From the NCBI GenBank assembly GCA_963745235.1, contig CAVUXE010000054.1, positions 32,001 through 96,000 on the forward strand: DNA of 64,000 nucleotides. The letters run 5' to 3'. This document shows positions 9,818 through 19,951 of the stretch, in pieces. Made by a program: the position numbers and the translations under genes. How positions within the stretch are numbered: position 1 is the first letter of the stretch; each line of letters starts with the position of its first letter. The DNA is from an uncultured Spirochaetota bacterium (lineage in GTDB: Bacteria > Spirochaetota > Spirochaetia > SZUA-6 > Fen-1364). Under the pieces are notes generated by a model. That model was not told the origin of the DNA. It saw only the letters and a list, made by a program, of their open reading frames with translations, and made no database searches.

Positions 9818-10546
9818 CTATTTGAGCTTCAGCAAGACCCGCACGTTGGTCACGATATCCGCAGGGGTTGCGTCCGCATCCATCCCCACCCGGATCATGC
9901 CTCTCTTGTCCACCATCCAGAATGGAGCTGAATGACCAACGTCGTAACCACCGCCAAATTGCTGAACGATCTGACCAACGAGGGTAAGGTCATCTGAGCT
10001 CAGACCCTGTGTCGGCGGCTTGTCCATGGCCATTGCGCCTTTATCTTCCTTTGGTGGCGCTACGGCGTCTGTGTCAGGATCCACGGTCACCCCGATTGCG
10101 TAGCTCGCCCATACGGCTTGCACCGCCTTCGCAGTTCCTCCAACAAAATGCCAAACGTTTTCCAATCCGAGCGCCTTGCTATACGGGAGCGTGACTGCCG
10201 GGACGTCCCTCTTGGGATCAGTAGTGACTGCAACAAAAGTCATCCTATTTGCGTCAGGCCCAAGCTGTTGGTAGACCTCTTTCACTTTGGCCGCTATAAA
10301 GGGGCAAATGTCGGTGCAATGGGTGTAGATGAAGCACATCACTACAACTTTGCCCTTCTGTTCCGACATACGGAACGGGAGACCGTTTTGATCGGTGAGT
10401 GTGAAATCGGCCGCCGGCTGCGGCTGCTGCACCATGTTATTGACGAGCCCCATGACAGGCTGCTGCTCACCGCCACCCATCGCGGAAGCCGGAATGATAA
10501 CGCAGCACAGAAGGACCGAAACAATGACGAGCCTTGTTGACCTCAA
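9818..10546 (-). CDS. SCO1/SenC family copper chaperone/thiol protein, exported
   Basis: Signal peptide, DFTLTDQNG, FIYTHCTDICP (CxxxC), TDPKRD, YDVGHS conserved His. Confidence 0.88.
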   Translation of the reverse strand: MRSTRLVIVSVLLCCVIIPASAMGGGEQQPVMGLVNNMVQQPQPAADFTLTDQNGLPFRMSEQKGKVVVMCFIYTHCTDICPFIAAKVKEVYQQLGPDANRMTFVAVTTDPKRDVPAVTLPYSKALGLENVWHFVGGTAKAVQAVWASYAIGVTVDPDTDAVAPPKEDKGAMAMDKPPTQGLSSDDLTLVGQIVQQFGGGYDVGHSAPFWMVDKRGMIRVGMDADATPADIVTNVRVLLKLK

Positions 10547-10662
10547 TTTCTTTGCCCTCCGTTACTCGAAAGATACCATTGGTTTGACTGAAGAAAAAGT
10601 TCCCCATGCGCAATATGCTTCGACCGCCCTTCGGTTTGCCTTCTTCTTGGAGAACTAATAAA

Positions 10663-10676
10663 TTAGGAGTGACTAA
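10663..10676. promoter_or_regulatory. putative DtxR/MntR box
   Basis: TTAG-GAGTGA-CTAA dyad in an AT-rich patch 26 bp upstream of the DtxR-family gene. Confidence 0.6.
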
Positions 10677-10702
10677 CATTGTGTCTTTAGAGGAGCTGAA
10701 CC

Positions 10703-11392
10703 ATGTCTGAGACAGCGCTTTCAGGGGCTCTTCAGGATTACCTCAGGGCCATCTATTGCCTGGAAAGGGAGGCGGGAGGGGTTTCAACTTCGCTCCTGGC
10801 AGAGAGACTCGGCGTGTCCCAGCCTTCGGTGACGAGTATGCTGAAGAAGCTCGCGTCGCGAAAGCTTATCTCGTATACGCCCTACCTTTCTGTCACCCTC
10901 ACCATGGCGGGCGAGCGGTTTGCCCTTGAAATGGTGCGCCACCATCGCCTCATCGAAACGTACCTGCAGCGCGCGCTGGGGTTTGGCCTCGAGGCTCTTG
11001 ACGACGAAGCAGACAGACTCGAGCATGCTATCTCCGAAAAGCTGGAAGAGAAAATCGACGAGGTGCTGGGGCGCCCAGCCTTTGACCCTCACGGTTCGCC
11101 GATCCCTGGCCGTGATGGACGTATTAGCGAAAGGGACCTGGTGCCGCTTGCCTCGCTGGGCTCGGGAGAGAGCGCGGTAGTCAGCCAGCTCATCTGCAGA
11201 GACCCCAAGCAGCTGCGGCATCTGGAATCTATCGGGCTCGTGCCAGGCGCCGTGGTGAGAGTGAAGGTTGCCGATAGTGGCAGTGGCATCATGAGGCTCC
11301 AACTTGATTCGAGCGTCGACGAGCCGGTCGGAGAGAGTATTGCCTGCTGCGTGCTGGTCTCCAAGACACAGGTCAGTCTCAAGAAAGGATAG
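10703..11392 (+). CDS. DtxR/MntR family metal-dependent repressor with C-terminal FeoA/SH3 domain
   Basis: QDYLRAIY, SVTSMLKKL, RHHRLIETYL, EADRLEHAIS, DPHGSPIP, LESIGLVPG. Confidence 0.92.
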   Translation: MSETALSGALQDYLRAIYCLEREAGGVSTSLLAERLGVSQPSVTSMLKKLASRKLISYTPYLSVTLTMAGERFALEMVRHHRLIETYLQRALGFGLEALDDEADRLEHAISEKLEEKIDEVLGRPAFDPHGSPIPGRDGRISERDLVPLASLGSGESAVVSQLICRDPKQLRHLESIGLVPGAVVRVKVADSGSGIMRLQLDSSVDEPVGESIACCVLVSKTQVSLKKG

Positions 11393-11398
11393 GCTCAC

Positions 11399-12725
11399 AT
11401 GGCAGACGTAAGAGCTGGTGGAGCTGCGAGTGCTCCTCATCCCAAGCTTCAGCGCGCAGCCCGCGAAGCGATCGAAGGCAGGCGCCGCGGTCTTCTCCGT
11501 GTGCTGCCTTTCATCGGCCCGGCTTTCATTGCTTCGATTGCCTACATAGACCCGGGCAATTTTGCGACCAACATCCAGGGCGGGGCGCAGTTCGGCTACG
11601 CCTTGCTGTGGGTCATCCTGCTGGCCAACCTGATGGCCATGCTTATTCAGAGTCTCTCGGCAAAGCTGGGCATCGCTACTGGAATGAATCTCGCCGAGAT
11701 GTGCCGAGCGCGTTTCGTTCCGTGGGTATGCTATGCGCTTTGGATAACCCAGGAAGTTACGGCAATGGCGACCGATCTCGCCGAGTTCCTCGGTGCTGCC
11801 ATCGGCATTGACCTGCTTTTTCACGTTCCGATGTTTTGGGCCGCTGGAATCACAGGAGTGGCGGTTTTCATCATTTTGGGCGTCACACAGCGCGGTTTTC
11901 GCGGACTGGAGATCTTCATCGGTGGGGCGGCAGGCATAATCGCCTTCTGCTATCTGATCGAGACGATCATGGCCAAGCCCGACTGGGGCCAGATCGCTTT
12001 CCACAGCTTCGTTCCGAGCCTCCCGGGGAGCGACGCAGTCCTGCTTTCCGTGGGGATAATAGGGGCGACGGTCATGCCGCACGTGATCTACCTTCACTCG
12101 GCGTTGACGCAGCATCGGATCGTGGCTCTGGATGAAAAAGAGAAGCGGCGCATCTTTGGATTTGAGAAAATCGATGTTGTGATCGCCATGGCAATAGCAG
12201 GTCTGGTGAACATGGCGATGCTGTTCATGGCAGCCAAGGTATTCCACTTCACCGGCCACGCAGATGTTGCGGACATCAATACCGCCTATCAGACCCTTGG
12301 ACCCCTGCTCGGTGGAGGTGCGGCCTTGATTTTTGGCATCTCGCTGTTTGCCTCGGGAATCTCCAGCTCCCATGTCGGGACCATGGCAGGACAGGTTGTG
12401 ATGCAGGGATTTGTGGGTTTTCGGATCCCGGTCTGGATACGGCGGCTGGCAACAATGATTCCCGCGTTGCTTGCAATCGCTCTTGGACTCGACCCGACGA
12501 GGACGCTTGTCTTAAGCCAGGTCGTGCTGAGCTTCACCTCTGCCGATCCCCGTTATCACTCTGATCATGTTCACTCGTAACCGCAAGCTCATGGGAACCC
12601 TCGTCAATCGACGCGCAACGAATGTGCTTGCAATTCTGTGTGCGACAGTCATCCTCGTGTTGAATGTGGTTCTGCTGTACCAGACTTTCGGCGGACAGTT
12701 CCCCGGCATGGGCGGGGGTAGCTAG
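11399..12725 (+). CDS. mntH: Nramp family Mn2+/Fe2+ transporter, apparent frameshift near 12540
   Basis: AYIDPGNFATN, GATVMPHVIYLHS, GTMAGQ, LVLSQVVLSF; the shifted frame continues LPIPVITLIMFTRNRKLMGTLVN...TAG at 12725. Confidence 0.92.
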
Positions 12726-12772
12726 TGAAAACGCAAAGACCGGCAACCAGATCTTCTCGGGAGGGCAACGCG

Positions 12773-13747
12773 ATGTTCAAGCACATTCTTGTCCCCCTTG
12801 ACGGCTCGCGATTGGCGGAATCGGCTTTGGGAATCGTTGCTTCCCTGGCAAAGCGGTTGAAGGCTTCTGTGACCCTTCTCCATCTGATTGAGAAGGATGC
12901 GCCTTCGGAGGTCCACAACGAGAGACATTTGGTCACCGAAGATGAGGCTTCGGCGTACCTGGATGAAGTCGCGCACCTGTCGGTTCTGGCTGGAATACGC
13001 GTGTCGACTCATGTGCACGCGTCGCTCGTGAGTGACGTCGCCAAAAGCATAAAGGAACATTCGGAAGAGCTTGCTCCTGATCTGATTGTCATGAGCACTC
13101 ATGGGAGGGGAGGGGCCCAACGGCTTCTGTTCGGGAACCTCGCTCAGCAAGTCACGGCACAAGGAAAGACCCCAGTTCTGGTAGTGCGTCCCCCTGAGGG
13201 CTCTCAAAATATGACCGCAAACGCGGACTGGCGCATGATCCTGGCTCCAATCGACGCTGAGCCATCGCATGAGATGAGCTTGTTGTTCGCATCCGATCTT
13301 GCTCTCGCTTTTCACTGCCGATTGCAGCTTCTGATGGTTGTGCCAACGCTGGCCAGGCTCAGTGGATTCCAGGGGGCGTTCGGGCTTTTTTTGCCGGGGA
13401 CGACGCGCGTCACGTTGGAAATCGAAAGCTCTGCCGCGCGAGACTACCTGGTGACCAAGGAGAAGGAGTTACACGAGAAAGGGGTCCGTACCGGAAGTGA
13501 GGTCGGACGAGGGAAGGCAGCACGGGTGATTTCCAAAGCGGCTGAACGTCTTTCGGCGGACCTCATCGTGATAGGCACTCATGGCAGAGCGGGGGCTGAA
13601 GCATTCTGGGCCGGAAGCGTTGCTGCCCAGGTGGTGTCACGCACGCATATCCCGCTTCTCCTCTTGCCTCTTGCCGCAACAGAGGAAGGCAAGCCGTCAC
13701 AAGACCGTGGCAGGCCAAGTGTTCATCCCCCAGGTGGAATATTGTGA
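12773..13747 (+). CDS. tandem universal stress protein
   Basis: FKHILVPLDGS, DLIVMSTHGRGG, second domain DLIVIGTHGRAG...GSVA. Confidence 0.9.
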   Translation: MFKHILVPLDGSRLAESALGIVASLAKRLKASVTLLHLIEKDAPSEVHNERHLVTEDEASAYLDEVAHLSVLAGIRVSTHVHASLVSDVAKSIKEHSEELAPDLIVMSTHGRGGAQRLLFGNLAQQVTAQGKTPVLVVRPPEGSQNMTANADWRMILAPIDAEPSHEMSLLFASDLALAFHCRLQLLMVVPTLARLSGFQGAFGLFLPGTTRVTLEIESSAARDYLVTKEKELHEKGVRTGSEVGRGKAARVISKAAERLSADLIVIGTHGRAGAEAFWAGSVAAQVVSRTHIPLLLLPLAATEEGKPSQDRGRPSVHPPGGIL

Positions 13748-13898
13748 ACGAAAGGAGGTTTCTCATGAGTTGAGCTGTTGAGCTGTTCTGACGATATTCG
13801 AACATGAAAGGTCGCCGTTTCGCTATCGCTGTGGTTCCGCTGATTCGTTCATCGGTTTTTCTGTATTTTCATAGGAGTGTGGCGGCGGAGGAACGAGC

Positions 13899-14909
13899 GT
13901 GAAGAAGCAATTGGTATTCCTCGCGGTATGCATTTTCCTCGCTTCTGACATTTTCGCCCAGGACTTTTCTGAGCTTGTCAAGACAGGAACGCCTCAGGAG
14001 ATACGCGAAGCGCTTTCCAACGGCGCAAATGCTGAGGTGACTGACTTTCCGTTCTGGACTGTCGGACAATTTCACTCTGAAGCGGCGCACCAATACCAGA
14101 TTGAAACGGAAGGCCTGACGCCTCTGATGCTCGCGGCTGCCTTCAATTCTGACCCTAAGGTCATCCCCGTGCTGTTGACTGCTGGGGCAAGAATCGAGGA
14201 AAAGGATTACGAGGGCGGGACTCCCTTGATGTGGGCAGCAGAGTACAACTCGAACCCGGCGGTCATCTCTGCCCTCCTGGACGCCGGAGCAACAGTTGAT
14301 GACCGGACAACGATGGATGCGACGGCGTTGATGCTTGCCGCCAAGAACAACCAGAACCCGGAGGTCATTTCGACCCTCCAGCGGGCGGGCGCAAATATCG
14401 AAGCGCGAGACGCGGACGGATATACACCTCTGATGTGGGCCGCGGAAAACAATCCCAACCCGGCAATCATTTTCGCCCTTGTGAAGGCAGGAGCGAAGAT
14501 CGACGATGTGACCACTGACGGCTGGACACCCTTGACCTTTGCAATAGTGAACACCAGGAATCCCACGGTCGTCACTGCCCTCCTGGACGCAGGAGCAAAG
14601 GTTGATACCAGGTCACCGGCTGGCTGGACACCGTTGATGTCCGCGGCAATGAGCGCTTCCAACCCTGAGATCATCTCTATTCTTTTGAAGGCAGGAGCGA
14701 TCGTCAACGACAATAGCACGAGTGGTGCGACGCCTCTGATTTTGGCGGCTCGCTTCAACGAGAATCCCCAGATTATCCCCGTCTTGCTGAAAGCGGGGGC
14801 AGACATGAGTCTGAAAGACAACTTTGGAAAGACAGCCCTCGATTACGTTGAGGAGAACCGGGGGGTGAAGGGAACGCAGCGATACGAAGAGCTGAAAAGG
14901 AGACGGTAG
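13899..14909 (+). CDS. exported ankyrin-repeat protein
   Basis: Signal peptide (..IFA|QDF), seven 34-aa GxTPLMxAA..N.NP.VI..LL.AGA repeats plus a GKTALDY cap. Confidence 0.92.
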   Translation: MKKQLVFLAVCIFLASDIFAQDFSELVKTGTPQEIREALSNGANAEVTDFPFWTVGQFHSEAAHQYQIETEGLTPLMLAAAFNSDPKVIPVLLTAGARIEEKDYEGGTPLMWAAEYNSNPAVISALLDAGATVDDRTTMDATALMLAAKNNQNPEVISTLQRAGANIEARDADGYTPLMWAAENNPNPAIIFALVKAGAKIDDVTTDGWTPLTFAIVNTRNPTVVTALLDAGAKVDTRSPAGWTPLMSAAMSASNPEIISILLKAGAIVNDNSTSGATPLILAARFNENPQIIPVLLKAGADMSLKDNFGKTALDYVEENRGVKGTQRYEELKRRR

Positions 14910-14976
14910 TTTCTGACCTTGCCTCCTCTCGCTGTTTCAAGCAAACCGCGGAAAGGCAAAATAACCGCGGATAGTC

Positions 14977-15372
14977 CTAGGGGGCCGCCTCAGGCATGGG
15001 CAGCGCGCTTCCGGGAAAGCTGAGGCATGGATGGACGCTGAAAGTGAACACGCCGGCTTTCACGCCGGGATCATCAGCGTAGATCCGCTGGACCTCTTCA
15101 GGACTTGCGTCGAAGATGCCCACGCCCACGACGCCGCTGCCATCCGCGATCCGACAGACTATTGGCATGAGGCCGGCGGCGCGAAGGGCCATGTTGCGCT
15201 TGCCGTGCTGCATGACGATTGCCGTGACCTCCGGGTCGCGATTCGGGCCTGGCGGCTTGAACTGGGGGCCCGCTTTCAGGATCACGACAGTGTAGGGCCT
15301 GCTTTCCTTCAGAGTTTCCCGGATCTGCTGCTCGGTGATCTCGGGAAGACCGGCATCATTCACGTACTTCAT
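14977..15372 (-). CDS. YciI-like dimeric alpha/beta barrel protein
   Basis: YTVVILKAGP, QH, GVGIF...EEV...DDPGVKAGVF...HP pattern. Confidence 0.6.
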   Translation of the reverse strand: MKYVNDAGLPEITEQQIRETLKESRPYTVVILKAGPQFKPPGPNRDPEVTAIVMQHGKRNMALRAAGLMPIVCRIADGSGVVGVGIFDASPEEVQRIYADDPGVKAGVFTFSVHPCLSFPGSALPMPEAAP

Positions 15373-15480
15373 GTTTCGCTTCTCGCTTTAGAATAGCCAC
15401 GCTCACGCGTCGCTGGCAACAGCCGTTCGGAGGCCCGACATCCGCGCTGGGCGCTCGTTGTGCCGGGCACCCTGGCGGTG

Positions 15481-16275
15481 TCAGCGAGGGCCCGCCCTCT
15501 CGGCTTCCACTTCCAACCGCGCCATCCTGACAACCACTTCCCCCTGCCGCGTCACGGGATGGGCGGCAATGTAGCGGTCCGCAACCTCTGCCAGGAAACG
15601 CTCGCGCAGATCAGCGGGAAGGCACTCCGTGTACGGCATCCATGTGGTCCTCAGCCAGCCCAGGAGCCCTTCGCGGCCTTTGTGCTTCATGTCGCGCGGG
15701 ATGAGATCCACGCGGCGTGACACGAGGCCAGACTGGCCCAGCAACGCCTCGTACTCCCGTGGCCCGAAAAATGCCCACGGGAACTGGAACCGGAGAAAGT
15801 ACTGCCGCCAGGCATCCTCCCGAATGACGTCGGAAGCGACGGAGAAGACTTCTTCACCGTTCCCTTTGCCGCCCATCTGGAACAGGAGCCTGCCCCCAGG
15901 CTTCAAGCTTTGCGTGACGCCGCGCAGCAGCGCGCCATGATCCTTGACCCAGTGCAAAGCAGCGTTGGAGAAAATCACATCGAAGCGATTCTCGAAGGCC
16001 AGCGCGCTCGCATCCATGACCATGAAAGAAATGCCCGGAAGGGAAGGCCGCCCGCGCTTTCCTGATCATGTCCTTCGAGCTGTCCACGCCGAGGACTCCC
16101 CCCGGGGCACCCGACGCGCCAGCTCGGCCGTGACCTTGCCATCCCCGCAGCCGATGTCCAGGATTTGCTCGTCACCCGCCAGCGCGAGCTTCCCCATCAG
16201 CTCAAGGGCCCACTGGAACTGCCCGGCCGAGTTTCGCGCGTACTCCTCCGCGTTCCAGCGATACTGCTCAGCCAT
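15481..16275 (-). CDS. class I SAM-dependent methyltransferase (Tam-like), two apparent frameshifts (about 16100 and 16035)
   Basis: WNAEEYARNS, ILDIGCGDG in 16066-16275; DSSKDMI in the next frame; FDVIFSNAALHWV in 15481-16023. Confidence 0.85.
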
Positions 16276-16753
16276 GCGCCCTCGACGGTTGCTCGCCTTT
16301 CAAACGGGCGTATTCGATGAGCGTCAGTGCGATGAGGAGCGCATCCAGCACGGAGAGGGCAATGAGGAACGTGGAGTGAGTCGAGGTCCAGCGGAATACC
16401 TGGTAGGCGATGAAGACCCCCAGGACGGCGACAGCCACCGGGTAGGCCCAGAGCTTCCGCCTCCAGAGGAGGAGAACCAGGACCACCTTCACGAGGCCGT
16501 GGGAAAGCAGGTAGAAGACGCCGAACTGCTGGGCGTCCACGGTGTAGCGCTGGCCCAGGCCCACCAGGAGATTGGCGATGTAGTCCTGCGGGTCCTCGGC
16601 AAGCTCGTTCTGCGTCAGGACCTGGATCCACGTGTCCAGCGTGGCGGGCTTGATGAACCAGAGGAGCACGCCGCCAATCACTTCCAACCCCGCGTGGATG
16701 CCCTTGAGCAGGATGGCGACCTCGAACCCGACGTGAAAGATGGCCTTTTTCAC
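16268..16753 (-). CDS. DUF2127 family membrane protein
   Basis: LLKG..LEVIGG, ELAEDPQD, YLLSHGLVK, WAYP, EY near the C-terminus. Confidence 0.8.
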   Translation of the reverse strand: MKKAIFHVGFEVAILLKGIHAGLEVIGGVLLWFIKPATLDTWIQVLTQNELAEDPQDYIANLLVGLGQRYTVDAQQFGVFYLLSHGLVKVVLVLLLWRRKLWAYPVAVAVLGVFIAYQVFRWTSTHSTFLIALSVLDALLIALTLIEYARLKGEQPSRAHG

Positions 16754-18000
16754 TTTTTCAGTTTCCTGACGGCGTCGACCAGCCGCTGCACCTCTTCCAT
16801 CGTGTTGTAATGCACCGCACCCACGCGGACCATTCCGCCCGTCGGCTCCAGGCCCAGGCGCGTTGTGACCTCAAGCGCGTAGTAGTTCCCATCCGATGCG
16901 CAGATGCCCTGCCTGTCCAGCTCTTCGCAGATGCGCCGCGGGTGCATCCCCTCAAGAGTGAACGCGAAGGTTGGCGCCCTGTCTCCAAGACGCCCTGGGT
17001 CCGTGATGCCGTGGATCTTCAGTCCTTCTATGGAGGAGAGCCCTTCCAGCATTGCCCTGCCGAGCTTCGATTCCCACGCGCGGATGGCGCACATGCCCGC
17101 TTTGAGAAAGGCTGAGCGTGACGAGACGGGGCCCGGCACGGCGGCCCCGCCGAATGTCTTTCCCACCCACGCCAGGTATTCCACCGCCCCCATGGCCCCG
17201 GCGATGGACTCGAAGCTCTGGGTTCCCGTCTCCCACTTGTCAGGAGGAGCGTCTCCGGCAGGCCGCACTTTGTAGGCGAAGAGGCGCTCCATGAGATCGT
17301 GTTTCCCGTACATGACCCCAATGTGCGGGCCGAAGAACTTGTACGCCGAGCAGACAAGCAGGTCGCAGCCAAGCGCCGCGACGTCCACGGGCCCGTGCGG
17401 GGCAAAATGCACCGCGTCCACGAAGCAGAGCGCACCCGTTTTGTGCGCAATCTGCACTGCCCGGGCAACTGGTGAGATCGTGCCCGTTGCGTTGGAGGCA
17501 AAGCCGACGGCCACGACCTTTGTACGGGGGCCAACCTGCTTTTCCAGGTCCTGCGCGCTCCATGCGCAGCTGGCCGGATCGAAGTCCACCCACTTCACGA
17601 CGCATCCTTTGTCTCGCGCGATCAGGACCCAGGGCGTCACGTTTGCGTCATGGTCCAGCCGGGTCACGACGATCTCATCTCCCGGAGAAAGCTCGCGGGC
17701 CAGGCTGCGCGATACGTGCAGGGTCAGGGACGTCATGTTCTGTCCGAAGGAGATCTCATCCGGCCGCGCGGCGCCAAGGAAATCAGCAAGCGCGCCTCGC
17801 GCCTCCGCCACCATTTCATCCGACTCCCGGCTCGAGCGGAAGGCCCCGCCGTGATTTGCGTTCCTGTGAACCAGGTAATCATTCATACGGTCAATCGACT
17901 CTTTGCAGATCTGCGTCCCGGCCGGGTTGTCGAAATGAATGACCCCCGACTCAAGGGCCGGGAAATGAGAGCGCACCGCCTTCTGATCCATCTCCATCAT
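16750..18000 (-). CDS. cysteine desulfurase-like class V PLP enzyme lacking the catalytic Cys
   Basis: HFDNPAGTQ, LDHDANVTPW, VDAVHFAPH, CSAYKFFGPH; GNYYA replaces the SufS GHHCA motif. Confidence 0.85.
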   Translation of the reverse strand: MMEMDQKAVRSHFPALESGVIHFDNPAGTQICKESIDRMNDYLVHRNANHGGAFRSSRESDEMVAEARGALADFLGAARPDEISFGQNMTSLTLHVSRSLARELSPGDEIVVTRLDHDANVTPWVLIARDKGCVVKWVDFDPASCAWSAQDLEKQVGPRTKVVAVGFASNATGTISPVARAVQIAHKTGALCFVDAVHFAPHGPVDVAALGCDLLVCSAYKFFGPHIGVMYGKHDLMERLFAYKVRPAGDAPPDKWETGTQSFESIAGAMGAVEYLAWVGKTFGGAAVPGPVSSRSAFLKAGMCAIRAWESKLGRAMLEGLSSIEGLKIHGITDPGRLGDRAPTFAFTLEGMHPRRICEELDRQGICASDGNYYALEVTTRLGLEPTGGMVRVGAVHYNTMEEVQRLVDAVRKLKK

Positions 18001-18978
18001 ATCTCCTTCCACCGTCTGCAGGCCGCCTGGTGCCCCGGGCCCACCGGGACAAGGCCGGGCTCTGGCGCAGTTCTGCATTCATCAGTTGCAAAGATGCACC
18101 GCGGGTGGAATCTGCATCCCCGCGGGATTGCCGCCGCTGAGGGAATCTCCCCGCGGATGGGAAGCTCCCGGAGAGTGCCGACCCTGCCGGGCGAAGGCTC
18201 GGAGACCGCGGAGATCAGGGCCCGGGTGTAGGGGTGGGCGGGCCTGTCCACGATGTCATCCGGTGGTGCCCACCTCCACGATCCTGCCAAGGTACATGAC
18301 GGCGAGCCTGTCTGTGAAGAACCGTGCCGTGGAAATGTCGTGGGTGATGTAGAGGTAGCTGAGCGCTCGCGCTCTCTGGACCTTCCTCATCATGGAAAGG
18401 ATCTCCGCGCGTGTGGAGAGATCGATCATGGATACCGGCTCGTCGGCCACCAGCAGCGTGGGTGAAAGGATGAGCGTCCGCGCCGTGGCGACGCGCTGGC
18501 GCTGTCCGCCTGACAGCATGTGGGGAAACCTGTCCAGGTAGTCTTCGACCGGCACGAGCTTTACCTCGGACAGGGCCGCGCGCACCATCTCTTCCCGCTC
18601 GGAGCGGTTGCTGCCCATGCGATGGATGGTCAGGGGCTCCCGCAGGACATCCCGGATTCGAAACCGCGGATTCATGGAGGCGTACGGGTCCTGGAATATC
18701 ATCTGCGCCCGCCGTCGGTAGGCCGCGGTCTCCGCCCTGCCGGCCCGGGTGATGCTCCGGCCTTCGAAGAGGATCTCACCTGCGGTGGGGGAAAGCAGCT
18801 TCACGACCAGCCTGCCCGTGGTGGTCTTGCCGCACCCGGATTCCCCGATCAGCCCGAGGATCTCCCCGCGCCGTATCTCGAAGCTCACACCGTCCACCGC
18901 GCGGATCACGTGCCTTCCGCGCCGGGCAGTGAAATGCATGGAAAGGTCCTTGACCGAGAGGACCGGCTGCGCCGGCAT
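17997..18978 (-). CDS. peptide ABC ATPase (OppF/AppF-like), apparent frameshift near 18262
   Basis: [20 protein letters not shown]; the second frame has HPYTRAL and GCRFHPRC. Confidence 0.88.
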
Positions 18979-19940
18979 CAGCGGCACCTCCAGCAGGCAG
19001 CCATGTGTCCAGGAGCGATCTCCGAAAGCGGCGGTTCCGCGCCGCATTTGTCAAACGCAACGGGGCACCGAGGGCGGAACCGGCAGCCCGCGGGCGGCGC
19101 CAGCAGGTCGGGAGGGGAGCCGGGAATGAACGCAAGCTCGCTGACTTTCTCCCGCAGGCGCGGCGTTGCCGCAAGCAGCATCTTCGTATAGGGATGGCAG
19201 GCCCGGCCGCCGAATATCGCTTCGTTGGATGCCGTCTCCGCCACGCGGCCCGCGTACATCACCAGCACCCTGTCCGCCACCTCGGCTTCCGTGGCCAGGT
19301 CATGCGTGATGAAGATGAGGGAGAGGTCCAGCGTCTTCTTCAGCTGCTTGATCGTGTTGAGGATCTGGGCCTGCACGATGACGTCCAGGGCCGTGGTGGG
19401 CTCGTCCAGGACGACCACCCGCGGCTCCAGGAAGAGCGCCATCGCAATCACCACTCTCTGCTTCATGCCGCCCGAAAGCTCGTGCGGGTAGCGGCCGGCG
19501 ACATCCGGGGGAAGCCCCACCAGCCCCAGGTAACCCTCGATGATCCTGCGCGCCTCGGCCGCGGGCGTCTTCCTGTGCCGCTGCAGCGTCTCGTTCATCT
19601 GCCTGCCTATCGTGAAGACCGGGGTGAGGCTGTTCATGGCGCCCTGGAAGACCATGGAGATTCTCTCCCACCGCACCTGCCTGCGCACCTGCTCGTCCGT
19701 GAGGGACAGGATGTCCACGCCCTCCACCATGACCCTCCCCGCGACGATCCTCCCCGGCGGCGCCGGCATGGCAAGGAGCGCCGTCCCGAGGCTCGTCTTG
19801 CCGCAGCCGGACTCACCGACAAGGCCGAGGGTTTCCCCCCGCTGAAGCTCGAAGCTCACATCGTCCACGGCGCGCACGGGACCGCGCCGGGTGAAGTAGT
19901 GAAGGGAAAGATTGCGCACAACGACCACCGGATCAGCCAT
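18978..19940 (-). CDS. peptide ABC ATPase (OppD-like)
   Basis: [41 protein letters not shown]. Confidence 0.92.
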   Translation of the reverse strand: MADPVVVVRNLSLHYFTRRGPVRAVDDVSFELQRGETLGLVGESGCGKTSLGTALLAMPAPPGRIVAGRVMVEGVDILSLTDEQVRRQVRWERISMVFQGAMNSLTPVFTIGRQMNETLQRHRKTPAAEARRIIEGYLGLVGLPPDVAGRYPHELSGGMKQRVVIAMALFLEPRVVVLDEPTTALDVIVQAQILNTIKQLKKTLDLSLIFITHDLATEAEVADRVLVMYAGRVAETASNEAIFGGRACHPYTKMLLAATPRLREKVSELAFIPGSPPDLLAPPAGCRFRPRCPVAFDKCGAEPPLSEIAPGHMAACWRCR

Positions 19941-19951
19941 CCGCCGCCTTC

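Noticed and set aside
10784-12373. 529-aa antisense ORF, and similar long shadows (27643-29118, 57519-58853, 23239-24423, 62439-63635)
   Set aside because: They overlap well-supported genes, lack motifs, and are expected in high-GC DNA.
13765-13902. Possible selenoprotein by reading through two TGA codons
   Set aside because: No redox motif, no evident SECIS hairpin and no resemblance to a known family.
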